Part shown: piece after piece, positions 9,786 to 16,872 of the stretch
How positions within the stretch are numbered: position 1 is the first letter of the stretch
Layout of the letters: each line of letters starts with the position of its first letter
Assembly (NCBI RefSeq): GCF_008386585.1
Contig: NZ_VUOB01000005.1
Coordinates: forward strand, 40,232 to 104,231
DNA: 64,000 nucleotides
Reading direction: 5' to 3'
Source of the DNA: Solihabitans fulvus
Lineage (GTDB): Bacteria > Actinomycetota > Actinomycetes > Mycobacteriales > Pseudonocardiaceae
Notes under the pieces: model-generated
Seen by the model: the letters and a program-made list of their open reading frames with translations, nothing else
Told to the model about the DNA's origin: nothing
Databases searched by the model: none
Position numbers and translations under genes: made by a program

Positions 9786-10559
9786 ATGCGCGCGAACCCG
9801 TTGCGCGGCAACGTTGTCAGGGTGATCGAAGTACTAGGACTCACCAAACGCTATGGGCGGGTCACCGCCGTCGACGACCTGACCTTCACGGTGCGGCCGG
9901 GGCAGGTGACCGGTTTCCTCGGCCCGAACGGCTCCGGCAAGTCCACCACCATGCGGGTGCTGCTCGGCCTCGCCACCCCGACCGGCGGCGACGCGCTGAT
10001 CAACGGCCGCGACTACCGCACCGTCCGGCGTCCCCTGCACGAGGTCGGCGCGCTGCTCGACGCGAACCACGTGCACGGTGGGCGGCGGGCCGCCACGCAC
10101 CTGGCCTGCCTCGCGCGCGGCAACGGCATCGGGCAGGCGCGGGTGACGGCCGTGCTCGACCAGGTGGGGCTCGCCGATGTCGCCCGCGACCGCGTCGCCG
10201 GTTTCTCCCTTGGCATGCGGCAGCGCCTCGGCATCGCGGCGGCGCTGCTCGGCGATCCCGGGGTGCTGGTGTTCGACGAGCCGGTCAACGGGCTGGATCC
10301 CGAGGGCGTGCGCTGGATCCGCGAGCTGATGCGGTCGCTGGCGGCCGAGGGACGCACGGTGTTGCTGTCCAGTCACCTGATGAGCGAGGTGGCGCTGACC
10401 GCCGACCGGCTCGTGGTCGTCGGCCGGGGCAGGCTGATCGCGGACACCACCGTCACCGAGCTGACCCGGCGCGGCTCCCTGGAGGAGGCGTACCTGTCGC
10501 TTACGGCCGAAAGCGTGGCGCACCGCGCCGTCGCGCCAGCCGAGCGGGGCCGGCGATGA
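9786..10559 (+). CDS. ABC transporter ATP-binding protein (ABC-2/BcrA-like)
   Basis: Walker A GPNGSGKST, signature FSLGMRQRLGIAAAL, Walker B LVFDEPVNGLD. The track merges it with an upstream spurious extension (8637..). Alternative GTG start at about 9822. Confidence 0.8.
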   Translation: MRANPLRGNVVRVIEVLGLTKRYGRVTAVDDLTFTVRPGQVTGFLGPNGSGKSTTMRVLLGLATPTGGDALINGRDYRTVRRPLHEVGALLDANHVHGGRRAATHLACLARGNGIGQARVTAVLDQVGLADVARDRVAGFSLGMRQRLGIAAALLGDPGVLVFDEPVNGLDPEGVRWIRELMRSLAAEGRTVLLSSHLMSEVALTADRLVVVGRGRLIADTTVTELTRRGSLEEAYLSLTAESVAHRAVAPAERGRR

Positions 10560-11386
10560 GCGCGCCGACGGCGGCGGAACGCCCCGGCATCGGGCGGTTG
10601 TCGGCCATGACCGCGATCCTGGCGGGGGAGTGGCTCAAGCTCCGGTCGCTGCGGGCGACCCGCGTGATCCTCGGCGTGGTCGCCGCGGCCGTGCTCGCCG
10701 TCGCGGCGCTGGCCTGGCACGTGGCGAACCTGTGGGACGGCCTGCCGCCCGACCAGCGCGGGCACCTGCGGGTGGCCGAGCTGGATCTGGTGGTGTCGCT
10801 GCCCGTCCAGCTCTGCATGGCCGTGCTCGGCGTCCTCGCGGTCACCTCCGAGTACGGCACCGGCATGATCCGCGCCAGCCTCGTGGCGGTGCCGCAGCGG
10901 CGCGCCCTGCTTGCCGCGAAGGCGGCGGTCGTCGCGGCCGTCGCGCTCGTCGTCGGCCTGGCGGCGCTGTTCGGGACCTTCTTCGCCGGCAAGCTGATCC
11001 TGGGCGACCGTCCCGTCGCCGGCTACGGGGCGCCGCTGTCGGACCGGCTGCCGATGCTGTTCGCCTCGGCGTTGTCGGTGTTGGTGTTCGCCGTGGTTGG
11101 CCTCGGTGTCGCGGCGGTGGCGCGGTCGGCGCTCGGCGTCAGCTCGGTCGTGGTCGCGCTGGTGTACGTGCTGCCGATGATCGCGATCAACCTGCCGAAA
11201 CCGTGGAGCGACAGGGTTTACTCCCTGCTGCTGCCGGCGCTGCCCGGCCAGCTGGCCGAGTCGGGCTACGCCGGCATCCCGTACACGGGGATCCTGCCGC
11301 CGCCGGGGGCGCTCGCCGTGCTGGTGGCCTATCTGGCCCTGCCGTTGGGCGCGGCCATCGTGCTGATCCATCGTCGCGACGTGTGA
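10556..11386 (+). CDS. ABC-2 family transporter permease
   Basis: ATG overlaps the ATPase stop (ATGA). Six predicted TM helices; protein MSAPTAAERPGIGRLSAMTAILAGEWLKLRSLRAT... Confidence 0.8.
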   Translation: MSAPTAAERPGIGRLSAMTAILAGEWLKLRSLRATRVILGVVAAAVLAVAALAWHVANLWDGLPPDQRGHLRVAELDLVVSLPVQLCMAVLGVLAVTSEYGTGMIRASLVAVPQRRALLAAKAAVVAAVALVVGLAALFGTFFAGKLILGDRPVAGYGAPLSDRLPMLFASALSVLVFAVVGLGVAAVARSALGVSSVVVALVYVLPMIAINLPKPWSDRVYSLLLPALPGQLAESGYAGIPYTGILPPPGALAVLVAYLALPLGAAIVLIHRRDV

Positions 11387-11390
11387 GTGT

Positions 11391-11422
11391 GGCCGGGTGG
11401 ATTCGGCGCGGCCCACCCGGCC
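11391..11422. terminator. Hairpin GGCCGGGTGG-N12-CCACCCGGCC between convergent genes
   Basis: Perfect 10-bp GC stem read from the sequence. Confidence 0.4.
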
Positions 11423-11429
11423 ACGCGGT

Positions 11430-12248
11430 CTACCGGAACGCGGCGGCGTGCTCCTCGGCCCAGTCGGCGAAGGCGCGCGGCGGCACGCCGGTGATGTCCT
11501 CCACGGCGGGGGACACCTCGTCCGGATGGTCGACGGCCCGGCCGAAGTAGTGCAGCAGCCCGTCGGCGATGGCGGGCGGGTAGTGCTCGGCGAGCATCGC
11601 GGCGCGGGCCTCGTCCACGGACAGCTCCTCGAACCGCAGCGGCCGACCGATCGCCTCGCCGATCAGCCGCACCTGGTCGACCGGGGTCAGCAGCTCGGGC
11701 CCGGAGAGCGTCGGGCTCGCGCCGACCAGCCCATCGGACAGCAGCGCGTGCGCGGCGACGGCGGCGATGTCGCGCTCGTCGATCGTCGCGCTCCTGGCCC
11801 GGCCGTGCGCGGCGCGCACGACTCCCTCCGCGCGGAGCTGCCCGGCCCACTGGAGGGTGTTGGTGTTGAACGCGCCCGGCCGCAGCAGCGTCCACTCCAG
11901 CCCGGAGTCCCGCACGGCCCGCTCGAGGTGCTGGTGCAGCGCGCCGATGACGTTGGCGGGGTCCTCGTGCAGGACCGAGTTCGAGGACAGCAGCACGACG
12001 CGCCGGACGCCGTGCGCCCTGGCCCGGCCGAACAGGTCCTCGGGGCCGTCCGGGACGGCGCTGTGGTTGAGGAACAGCGCCGTGACGCCGTCGAGGGGTT
12101 CCGCGCCGGTGCGCACCACGTCGACGCCGGCCGGGAACCGGGCCGTGGCGGGGTCGCGGGTGCCGGCGCGGACGGCGGCGCCCGCGTCGAGCAGGCTGTC
12201 CACGAGGTGTCGTCCGACGTTGCCGGTCGCCCCGGTGACCAGGTACAT
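11430..12248 (-). CDS. NmrA-family / atypical SDR NAD(P)-binding protein
   Basis: Start MYLVTGATGNVGRHL (Rossmann GxxGxxG) at ATG 12248 with RBS GAAGGAGA 7 nt upstream. The track ORF has a 19-aa upstream extension. Confidence 0.8.
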   Translation of the reverse strand: MYLVTGATGNVGRHLVDSLLDAGAAVRAGTRDPATARFPAGVDVVRTGAEPLDGVTALFLNHSAVPDGPEDLFGRARAHGVRRVVLLSSNSVLHEDPANVIGALHQHLERAVRDSGLEWTLLRPGAFNTNTLQWAGQLRAEGVVRAAHGRARSATIDERDIAAVAAHALLSDGLVGASPTLSGPELLTPVDQVRLIGEAIGRPLRFEELSVDEARAAMLAEHYPPAIADGLLHYFGRAVDHPDEVSPAVEDITGVPPRAFADWAEEHAAAFR

Positions 12249-12278
12249 GGAGAGTCTCCTTCGGTCCGCCCGCACCAT

Positions 12279-12345
12279 CGCAACTCCGAGTTGCGTTATG
12301 GTCATCGTGTCAGTGAGCGACGAGATAACGCAACTGGGAGTTGCA
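12279..12345. promoter_or_regulatory. Two 17-bp palindromic operators, CGCAACTCcGAGTTGCG (12279-12295) and CGCAACTGgGAGTTGCA (12329-12345)
   Basis: Near-perfect inverted repeats, twice, in the intergenic region between the divergent NmrA-like gene and the TetR gene. This is the classic arrangement for a TetR operator pair. Confidence 0.55.
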
Positions 12346-12975
12346 TTGGAGCGGGATTCAGGGCGTGCGGGGCCGGTCGGCCGAGGCGAGAAGGTGCGCG
12401 TCGCCGTGCTCGCCGCGACGCTCGCCGAGCTGATCGACCGCGGTTACGCCGCACTCACCGTGGACCAGGTCGCGCAGCGCGCCGGGGTGCACAAGACCAC
12501 CGTCTACCGGCGCTGGACGGACCGGCAGGCGGTCGTCGTTGACGCGCTCACGGACCTGGTCGGCGGGTCGATCCAGATACCCGACTCCGGCACCGTGGAG
12601 GACGACCTGCGGGAGCTCGCCCGCTCGCTGGTGCGCTGGCTGACCAGCCCGGCCGGGCGGGCGGTGCACGCGGTCATCCAGTCCGACGCCGTCCGCGTGC
12701 CGGAGATCGCCGAGGTCCAGCGGCGCTTCATCCAGGACCGCTACCGCCGCGCCGAACCCGTGGTGCGGCGGGCGATCGAGCGCGGCGAACTGCCGGCCGA
12801 GACCGACCCGACCGACCTGCTCCGCATGCTGATCGCGCCGATCCACTTCCGGCTGCACGTCGCCGCCGAGCCGGTGGATGAGGCCACCGCCGACCGGGCC
12901 GCGCGCGCGACGCTGGCCGCGGCGCGCGCCGGTGCGCTCAACCGACAGGCCGCGACCGTTTCCGATCGGCCTTGA
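12346..12975 (+). CDS. TetR/AcrR-family transcriptional regulator
   Basis: HTH region LTVDQVAQRAGVHKTTVYRRW. Start taken as TTG 12346 (after GGGAG, downstream of the operators). Alternatives are ATG 12298 (inside the operator region) or GTG 12394. Confidence 0.75.
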   Translation: MERDSGRAGPVGRGEKVRVAVLAATLAELIDRGYAALTVDQVAQRAGVHKTTVYRRWTDRQAVVVDALTDLVGGSIQIPDSGTVEDDLRELARSLVRWLTSPAGRAVHAVIQSDAVRVPEIAEVQRRFIQDRYRRAEPVVRRAIERGELPAETDPTDLLRMLIAPIHFRLHVAAEPVDEATADRAARATLAAARAGALNRQAATVSDRP

Positions 12976-12983
12976 CGACGCAC

Positions 12984-12995
12984 TAGTTAGCCGCC
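12984..12995. repeat. 12-mer TAGTTAGCCGCC, copy 1 (second copy at 13569-13580)
   Basis: Exact 12-nt repeat embedded in locally AT-rich sequence, both upstream of the marR-like gene and upstream of the next operon. Confidence 0.4.
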
Positions 12996-13006
12996 ATACT
13001 ATCTAC

Positions 13007-13519
13007 GTGGCCGACGACATCGACAAGGGCGCCCCGACCCTCAATCAGGTGGCACAGCAGATCCGGCACTACGGCCTGGACGCCGACCCGCAGTCCGTGC
13101 TCGTGGCGGTGCGCCTGGTCGCGGCAGGGGTCATGCTCGGCCAGGCGGCCGAAGTGCACTTCGCCAGGTTCGGGCTGTCCACCGGGCGCTACCGCCTGCT
13201 GGCCGACCTGGAGGACAGCGCAGGGGAGAAGTCGCCGTCCCGGCTCGCCGCCAGCCTCGGCGTCTCCCGCGCCACGGTGACGGGCCTGGTCGACGGGCTG
13301 GAGCGGGACGGCCTGGTCATCCGGCGACCTTCGGCGGAGGACGGCAGGTCCGCCGCGGTCGTGCTGACCGCCCGAGGCGCGACGACGCTGCGCGAGCTGG
13401 CGCCGGAACACTTCGGCCGGCTGGAGGCGATGGTCGGCGAGCTGAGCGCCGACGAGCGCGCGACCTTCCTTGACCTGCTCGGCCGCATCGTCCGAGGCAC
13501 CTCAGCCCTGGCCGAGTAG
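13007..13519 (+). CDS. MarR-family transcriptional regulator
   Basis: Winged-HTH (SPSRLAASLGVSRATVTGLVDGLERDGLV). A GTG start at 13007 is assumed because the TetR gene ends at 12975; the track ORF begins at 12878. Confidence 0.75.
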   Translation: MADDIDKGAPTLNQVAQQIRHYGLDADPQSVLVAVRLVAAGVMLGQAAEVHFARFGLSTGRYRLLADLEDSAGEKSPSRLAASLGVSRATVTGLVDGLERDGLVIRRPSAEDGRSAAVVLTARGATTLRELAPEHFGRLEAMVGELSADERATFLDLLGRIVRGTSALAE

Positions 13520-13568
13520 GCGTCGAACCGCTTTTCTGTCAACCGGAGAAGCGGATTCGTCTGCCCAT

Positions 13569-13580
13569 GTAGTTAGCCGC
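13569..13580. repeat. 12-mer TAGTTAGCCGCC, copy 2
   Basis: See copy 1. Located in the promoter region of the membrane-protein / NmrA-like operon. Confidence 0.4.
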
Positions 13581-13619
13581 CTAATTATGTATTTCCGCAA
13601 TCGACACGCAGAAGGTGCC

Positions 13620-14117
13620 ATGCGAAGAACACGAGACAGACAGCGCGCCGCCCCGGCGCGATTCGTCCTCTGGCGAGAAGTGGCGGCCGCCTATGTCGCG
13701 CCAGCGCTGATGGCCGGCCTCGGCGGCCTGGCCGCCCGGCAGCCGGAGCTCCAGCTGGCGGCGATCACCTCCATCGGCGGCACCTCCGCCGTCGTGGCCG
13801 CCCTGCTCGGCGCCTGGCTGACCCGGCGCGGCCGCCGACGCGCGTTGCTCCGATCGATGCCGCGAGTCCTCGCGGTCGTCCTCGTCAGCGCCGGAACGGC
13901 GCTGCTCGGCGGGCTCGCCGGCTGGCTCGTCGTCACCGGCGCGGCGGAATGGACCGGAGTGCGGCAGTGGCCGGTGCCCGAGCGCCTCCGGCTGGACCTG
14001 CCGCTGTCGGCGGCCATCGCCGGCGCGATCGTCACCTGGCGCTGGCGCGGCGTACAGCGCGCGACCGCCACGCCACACACCTCAGGCACCTCAGACACCA
14101 GAAAGGCCAACGCATGA
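13620..14117 (+). CDS. Hypothetical membrane protein (3-4 TM helices)
   Basis: ATG 13620 with RBS GAAGGTG. Hydrophobic segments are present. Stop overlaps the next gene's ATG (ATGA). Confidence 0.5.
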   Translation: MRRTRDRQRAAPARFVLWREVAAAYVAPALMAGLGGLAARQPELQLAAITSIGGTSAVVAALLGAWLTRRGRRRALLRSMPRVLAVVLVSAGTALLGGLAGWLVVTGAAEWTGVRQWPVPERLRLDLPLSAAIAGAIVTWRWRGVQRATATPHTSGTSDTRKANA

Positions 14118-14974
14118 TCGTCATCATGGGAGCGACCGGACCGACCGGCGGCGCGCTGCTGGACCGACTCGTGGCGCTGGGCGTGCCGAGCCGGGCGCTG
14201 AGCCGCGACCCGGACCGGATCCGCGCCCGCTTCGGCGACCAGACCGAGGCTCGACGTGCCGACGCGACCGAGCCGGACTCGCTGCGCGCGGCCTTCACCG
14301 GCGCGAGCCAACTGTTCCTGACCATGGTCAACAGCCCGGCGCAGGTGGACATCGAGACCCGCGCGATCAGGATCGCCGTCGAGGCCGGCGTCGAACACAT
14401 CGTCAAGCTCTCCGCCCCCAACCCGGCACCCGACTCGCCGGTCGCCATCGCCCGCTGGCACCACGCCATCGAGGAGGTGCTGCGCGGGTCCGGCGTCACA
14501 CACACCGAGCTGCGGCCGTACGCGTTCATGCAGAAGCTGGTGCACCTCGCGCCCGCGGTCGCGGCGCGGGGCGTCATCCACGGCGCCATGCGGGACGCCG
14601 CCTGCAACTACATCGACTGCCGCGACATCGGCGACGTCGCCGCCGCCGCGTTGACCCGGCCGGAGGTCGCCGGGGGCGCCTACACCCTGACCGGGAGCCG
14701 CGCCGTCAGCTATCCCGAACTCGCCGACCTGCTCAGCACCCTCCTCGACCGGCGCATCCGCTACGTCGACCTCCCGCCCGACCAGCTGCGCCGCGACCTG
14801 GTCGAGCACGCGGGCATGCCCGGCTGGCTCGCCGCCCACCTGGTCGAGATCCAGCAGCTGGCGGTGGACCACCTCGAGGAGCCGACGGACACCGTCGCGC
14901 GCCTGCTCGGCAGGCCGCCGCGCACGCTGGAGGACTTCCTCCGCGAGAACCTCGGGCACTTCCGCCTGCCGTGA
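14114..14974 (+). CDS. NmrA-like family NAD(P)-binding protein
   Basis: Start MIVIMGATGPTGGALLDRL (GxxGxxG). Start-stop coupled to the upstream membrane protein gene. Confidence 0.8.
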   Translation: MIVIMGATGPTGGALLDRLVALGVPSRALSRDPDRIRARFGDQTEARRADATEPDSLRAAFTGASQLFLTMVNSPAQVDIETRAIRIAVEAGVEHIVKLSAPNPAPDSPVAIARWHHAIEEVLRGSGVTHTELRPYAFMQKLVHLAPAVAARGVIHGAMRDAACNYIDCRDIGDVAAAALTRPEVAGGAYTLTGSRAVSYPELADLLSTLLDRRIRYVDLPPDQLRRDLVEHAGMPGWLAAHLVEIQQLAVDHLEEPTDTVARLLGRPPRTLEDFLRENLGHFRLP

Positions 14975-15033
14975 CCCCGGCCGCACCAGCCGGGGAAAAC
15001 CGCGTTGCGTCCCCACCATGGCGGCCCCACCAT

Positions 15034-15567
15034 GTGCCGGTGCTGATCATTCGACGCGAGACCCCGGCCGACATCGACGCCGTGCACGCCGTGACCGAGG
15101 CGGCGTTCCGGCCGAGGGCGGAGCCGGGCCGGGACGAGACGATCGAGGTCGGGCTGCTCAGGGCGCTGCGCGGCGACGACGGGTGGATTCCGGCGCTGTC
15201 GTTGGTGGCCGTCGACGACGAAGGCGAGATCGTCGGGCACGTGCTGTGCACCAGGGCCACGGTGGGGGACACGCCGGTGCTCGGCCTCGGCCCGCTCAGC
15301 GTGCGCCCGGACCGGCAGCGCGGCGGCGTCGGCAAGGCCCTGGTGCACACCGTGCTCGGCGCCGCCGACGCCATGGGCGAGCCGCTGGTCGCCCTGCTCG
15401 GCGACCCGAACTACTACGGGCGGTTCGGCTTCCAGCTCAGCGACACCCACGGCGTCACCCCGCCCGTGCCCGAGTGGCAGCCGCACTTCCAGGTCCGCAC
15501 CCTGCACGCCCACGACCCGTCCGTGCGCGGGCTGTTCGCCTACGCGGGCCCGTTCAACGAACTCTGA
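15034..15567 (+). CDS. GNAT-family N-acetyltransferase
   Basis: Acetyl-CoA-binding motif RQRGGVGKALV. A GTG at 15034 gives MPVLIIRRETPADIDAV; the track ORF starts at GTG 14971. Confidence 0.7.
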   Translation: MPVLIIRRETPADIDAVHAVTEAAFRPRAEPGRDETIEVGLLRALRGDDGWIPALSLVAVDDEGEIVGHVLCTRATVGDTPVLGLGPLSVRPDRQRGGVGKALVHTVLGAADAMGEPLVALLGDPNYYGRFGFQLSDTHGVTPPVPEWQPHFQVRTLHAHDPSVRGLFAYAGPFNEL

Positions 15568-15589
15568 CGCGACGCGCGGGGCCGGCTGG

Positions 15590-16279
15590 TCAGGCGAGGG
15601 CGGCGCGCACGGCGGCCTCGGCGTGCAGGGCCGTGGTCGGGAACACCGGCACCGGGCTGTTGGCCTCGGTGACCAACAGCTCGATCTCCGTGCACCCCAA
15701 CACGATTCCCTCGCAGCCCTGGGCCACCAGCCGCGCGATGACCTCCGCGTAGCGACGCCTGCTCTCGTCGCGGATCACGCCGAGACACAGCTCCTCGTAG
15801 ATCACCCTGTGCACCTCGGCGCGATCCGCGGGCCCCGGCACCACGGCCGTCACCCCCTGCGCGGCCAGCCGCTCCACCAGGAACGGCCGCTCCATCGTGA
15901 AGGCTGTGCCCAGCAGCCCCACTCGGCTCAGGCCGGCCCGCCGCACCGCCTCGGCGGTGACGTCGCCGATGTGCAGCACGGGCACCTCGACCGCCGCCTT
16001 CACGTCGTCGGCCACCAGGTGCATGGTGTTGGTGCAGATCAACACCAGGTCCGCGCCAGCGGCCACCAACCGGCGCGCCGCCTCGGCGAGGAGCTTCGCG
16101 GCGTCCGCCCACCGGCCCTCCGCCTGCTGCCGTTCGACCTCGGCGAAGTCCACCGACCACAGCACGCACCGCGCCGAGTGCAGGCCGCCGAGGCGATCCC
16201 GCACGCCCTCGTTGACCAGCCGGTAGTACAGCGCGGACGACTCCCAGCTCATCCCGCCGATCAGACCGATGGTGCGCAC
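15590..16279 (-). CDS. Asp/Glu/hydantoin racemase family protein
   Basis: 229-aa product with paired Cys motifs (LICTNTMH, VLGCTEIELL) typical of aspartate/glutamate racemase-type enzymes. Confidence 0.85.
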   Translation of the reverse strand: MRTIGLIGGMSWESSALYYRLVNEGVRDRLGGLHSARCVLWSVDFAEVERQQAEGRWADAAKLLAEAARRLVAAGADLVLICTNTMHLVADDVKAAVEVPVLHIGDVTAEAVRRAGLSRVGLLGTAFTMERPFLVERLAAQGVTAVVPGPADRAEVHRVIYEELCLGVIRDESRRRYAEVIARLVAQGCEGIVLGCTEIELLVTEANSPVPVFPTTALHAEAAVRAALA

Positions 16280-16345
16280 GGCTGCCCCCTTTCTCAGGCG
16301 AACTGCTCGCTGCCGACCACGCGCAGCAGCTCAAGGTAGTCGACG

Positions 16346-16657
16346 TTGGGCGTGCCGGGCTGCGGCGTGTCCGGCGCGGGTCAGGTGCTGGTCCGGGTCA
16401 AGGCCGCCGGCGTCAACCCGCTGGAGTCCGCGATCCGCGCAGGCGTCATGACCGAGGCGTACCCGGTGATCTTCCCCTCGGGGCAGGGCCGCGACCTCGC
16501 CGGGATTGTCGAGGTGCTGGCCGAACTCGCCGACCTGATCGACGCGGGACGCCTGGAGATCCCGATCGCGGCGACCTACCCGCTGGCCGAGGTGCAGGCC
16601 GCCTACAAGGAGCTCGAACAGCGCCACACCCGCGGCAAAATCGTCCTGCTGCCGTGA
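16346..16657 (+). pseudogene. Internally deleted remnant of an MDR-family NADPH:quinone oxidoreductase
   Basis: The 103-aa product joins an N-terminal fragment (GQVLVRVKAAGVNPLESAIRAG ... DLAGIVEV) directly to the C-terminal end (GRLEIPIAATYPLAEVQAAYKELEQRHTRGKIVLLP). About 230 aa of the normal roughly 320-aa enzyme is missing. Confidence 0.5.
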
Positions 16658-16670
16658 TCTCCACCGCCGG

Positions 16671-16706
16671 TCCTGTTGGGGCGGATGGTCAACCACCCCA
16701 ACAGGA
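16671..16706. terminator. Strong bidirectional hairpin TCCTGTTGGGG-N14-CCCCAACAGGA
   Basis: 11-bp perfect stem between the convergent QOR remnant (+) and the lanthipeptide precursor (-). Confidence 0.5.
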
Positions 16707-16717
16707 TTCGGCTCGGG

Positions 16718-16858
16718 TCAGCACTCCACGCGACCGCCGAGGCAGCCGACGTCGGTCGGCTGGAAGCTGTCGTGCCCGGTGTCGCAGCACATCGTCGGCT
16801 CCAGCACGCGCTCGTCGCGCTCGGGCAGTTCCTGAAGTTCGAGCACCTGGTCCTCCAT
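16718..16858 (-). CDS. Lanthipeptide precursor peptide (LanA), 46 aa: MEDQVLELQELPERDERVLEPTMCCDTGHDSFQPTDVGCLGGRVEC
   Basis: Not in the ORF track because it is under 60 aa. ATG 16858 with RBS GGGAGGTG 7 nt upstream; starts 14 nt after the stop of the synthetase on the same strand. GC3 is about 91%. Leader carries an LxLQ (VLELQEL) motif; C-terminal region has 4 Cys and 4 Ser/Thr. Confidence 0.65.
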   Translation of the reverse strand: MEDQVLELQELPERDERVLEPTMCCDTGHDSFQPTDVGCLGGRVEC

Positions 16859-16872
16859 AGCGTTTCACCTCC

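Noticed and set aside
10373-11416. 347-aa (-) ORF and 306-aa (+) ORF over the ABC-2 permease
   Set aside because: Antisense or off-frame, low complexity.
13691-15019. 442-aa minus-strand ORF
   Set aside because: Antisense to the NmrA-like and membrane-protein genes; no domain content.
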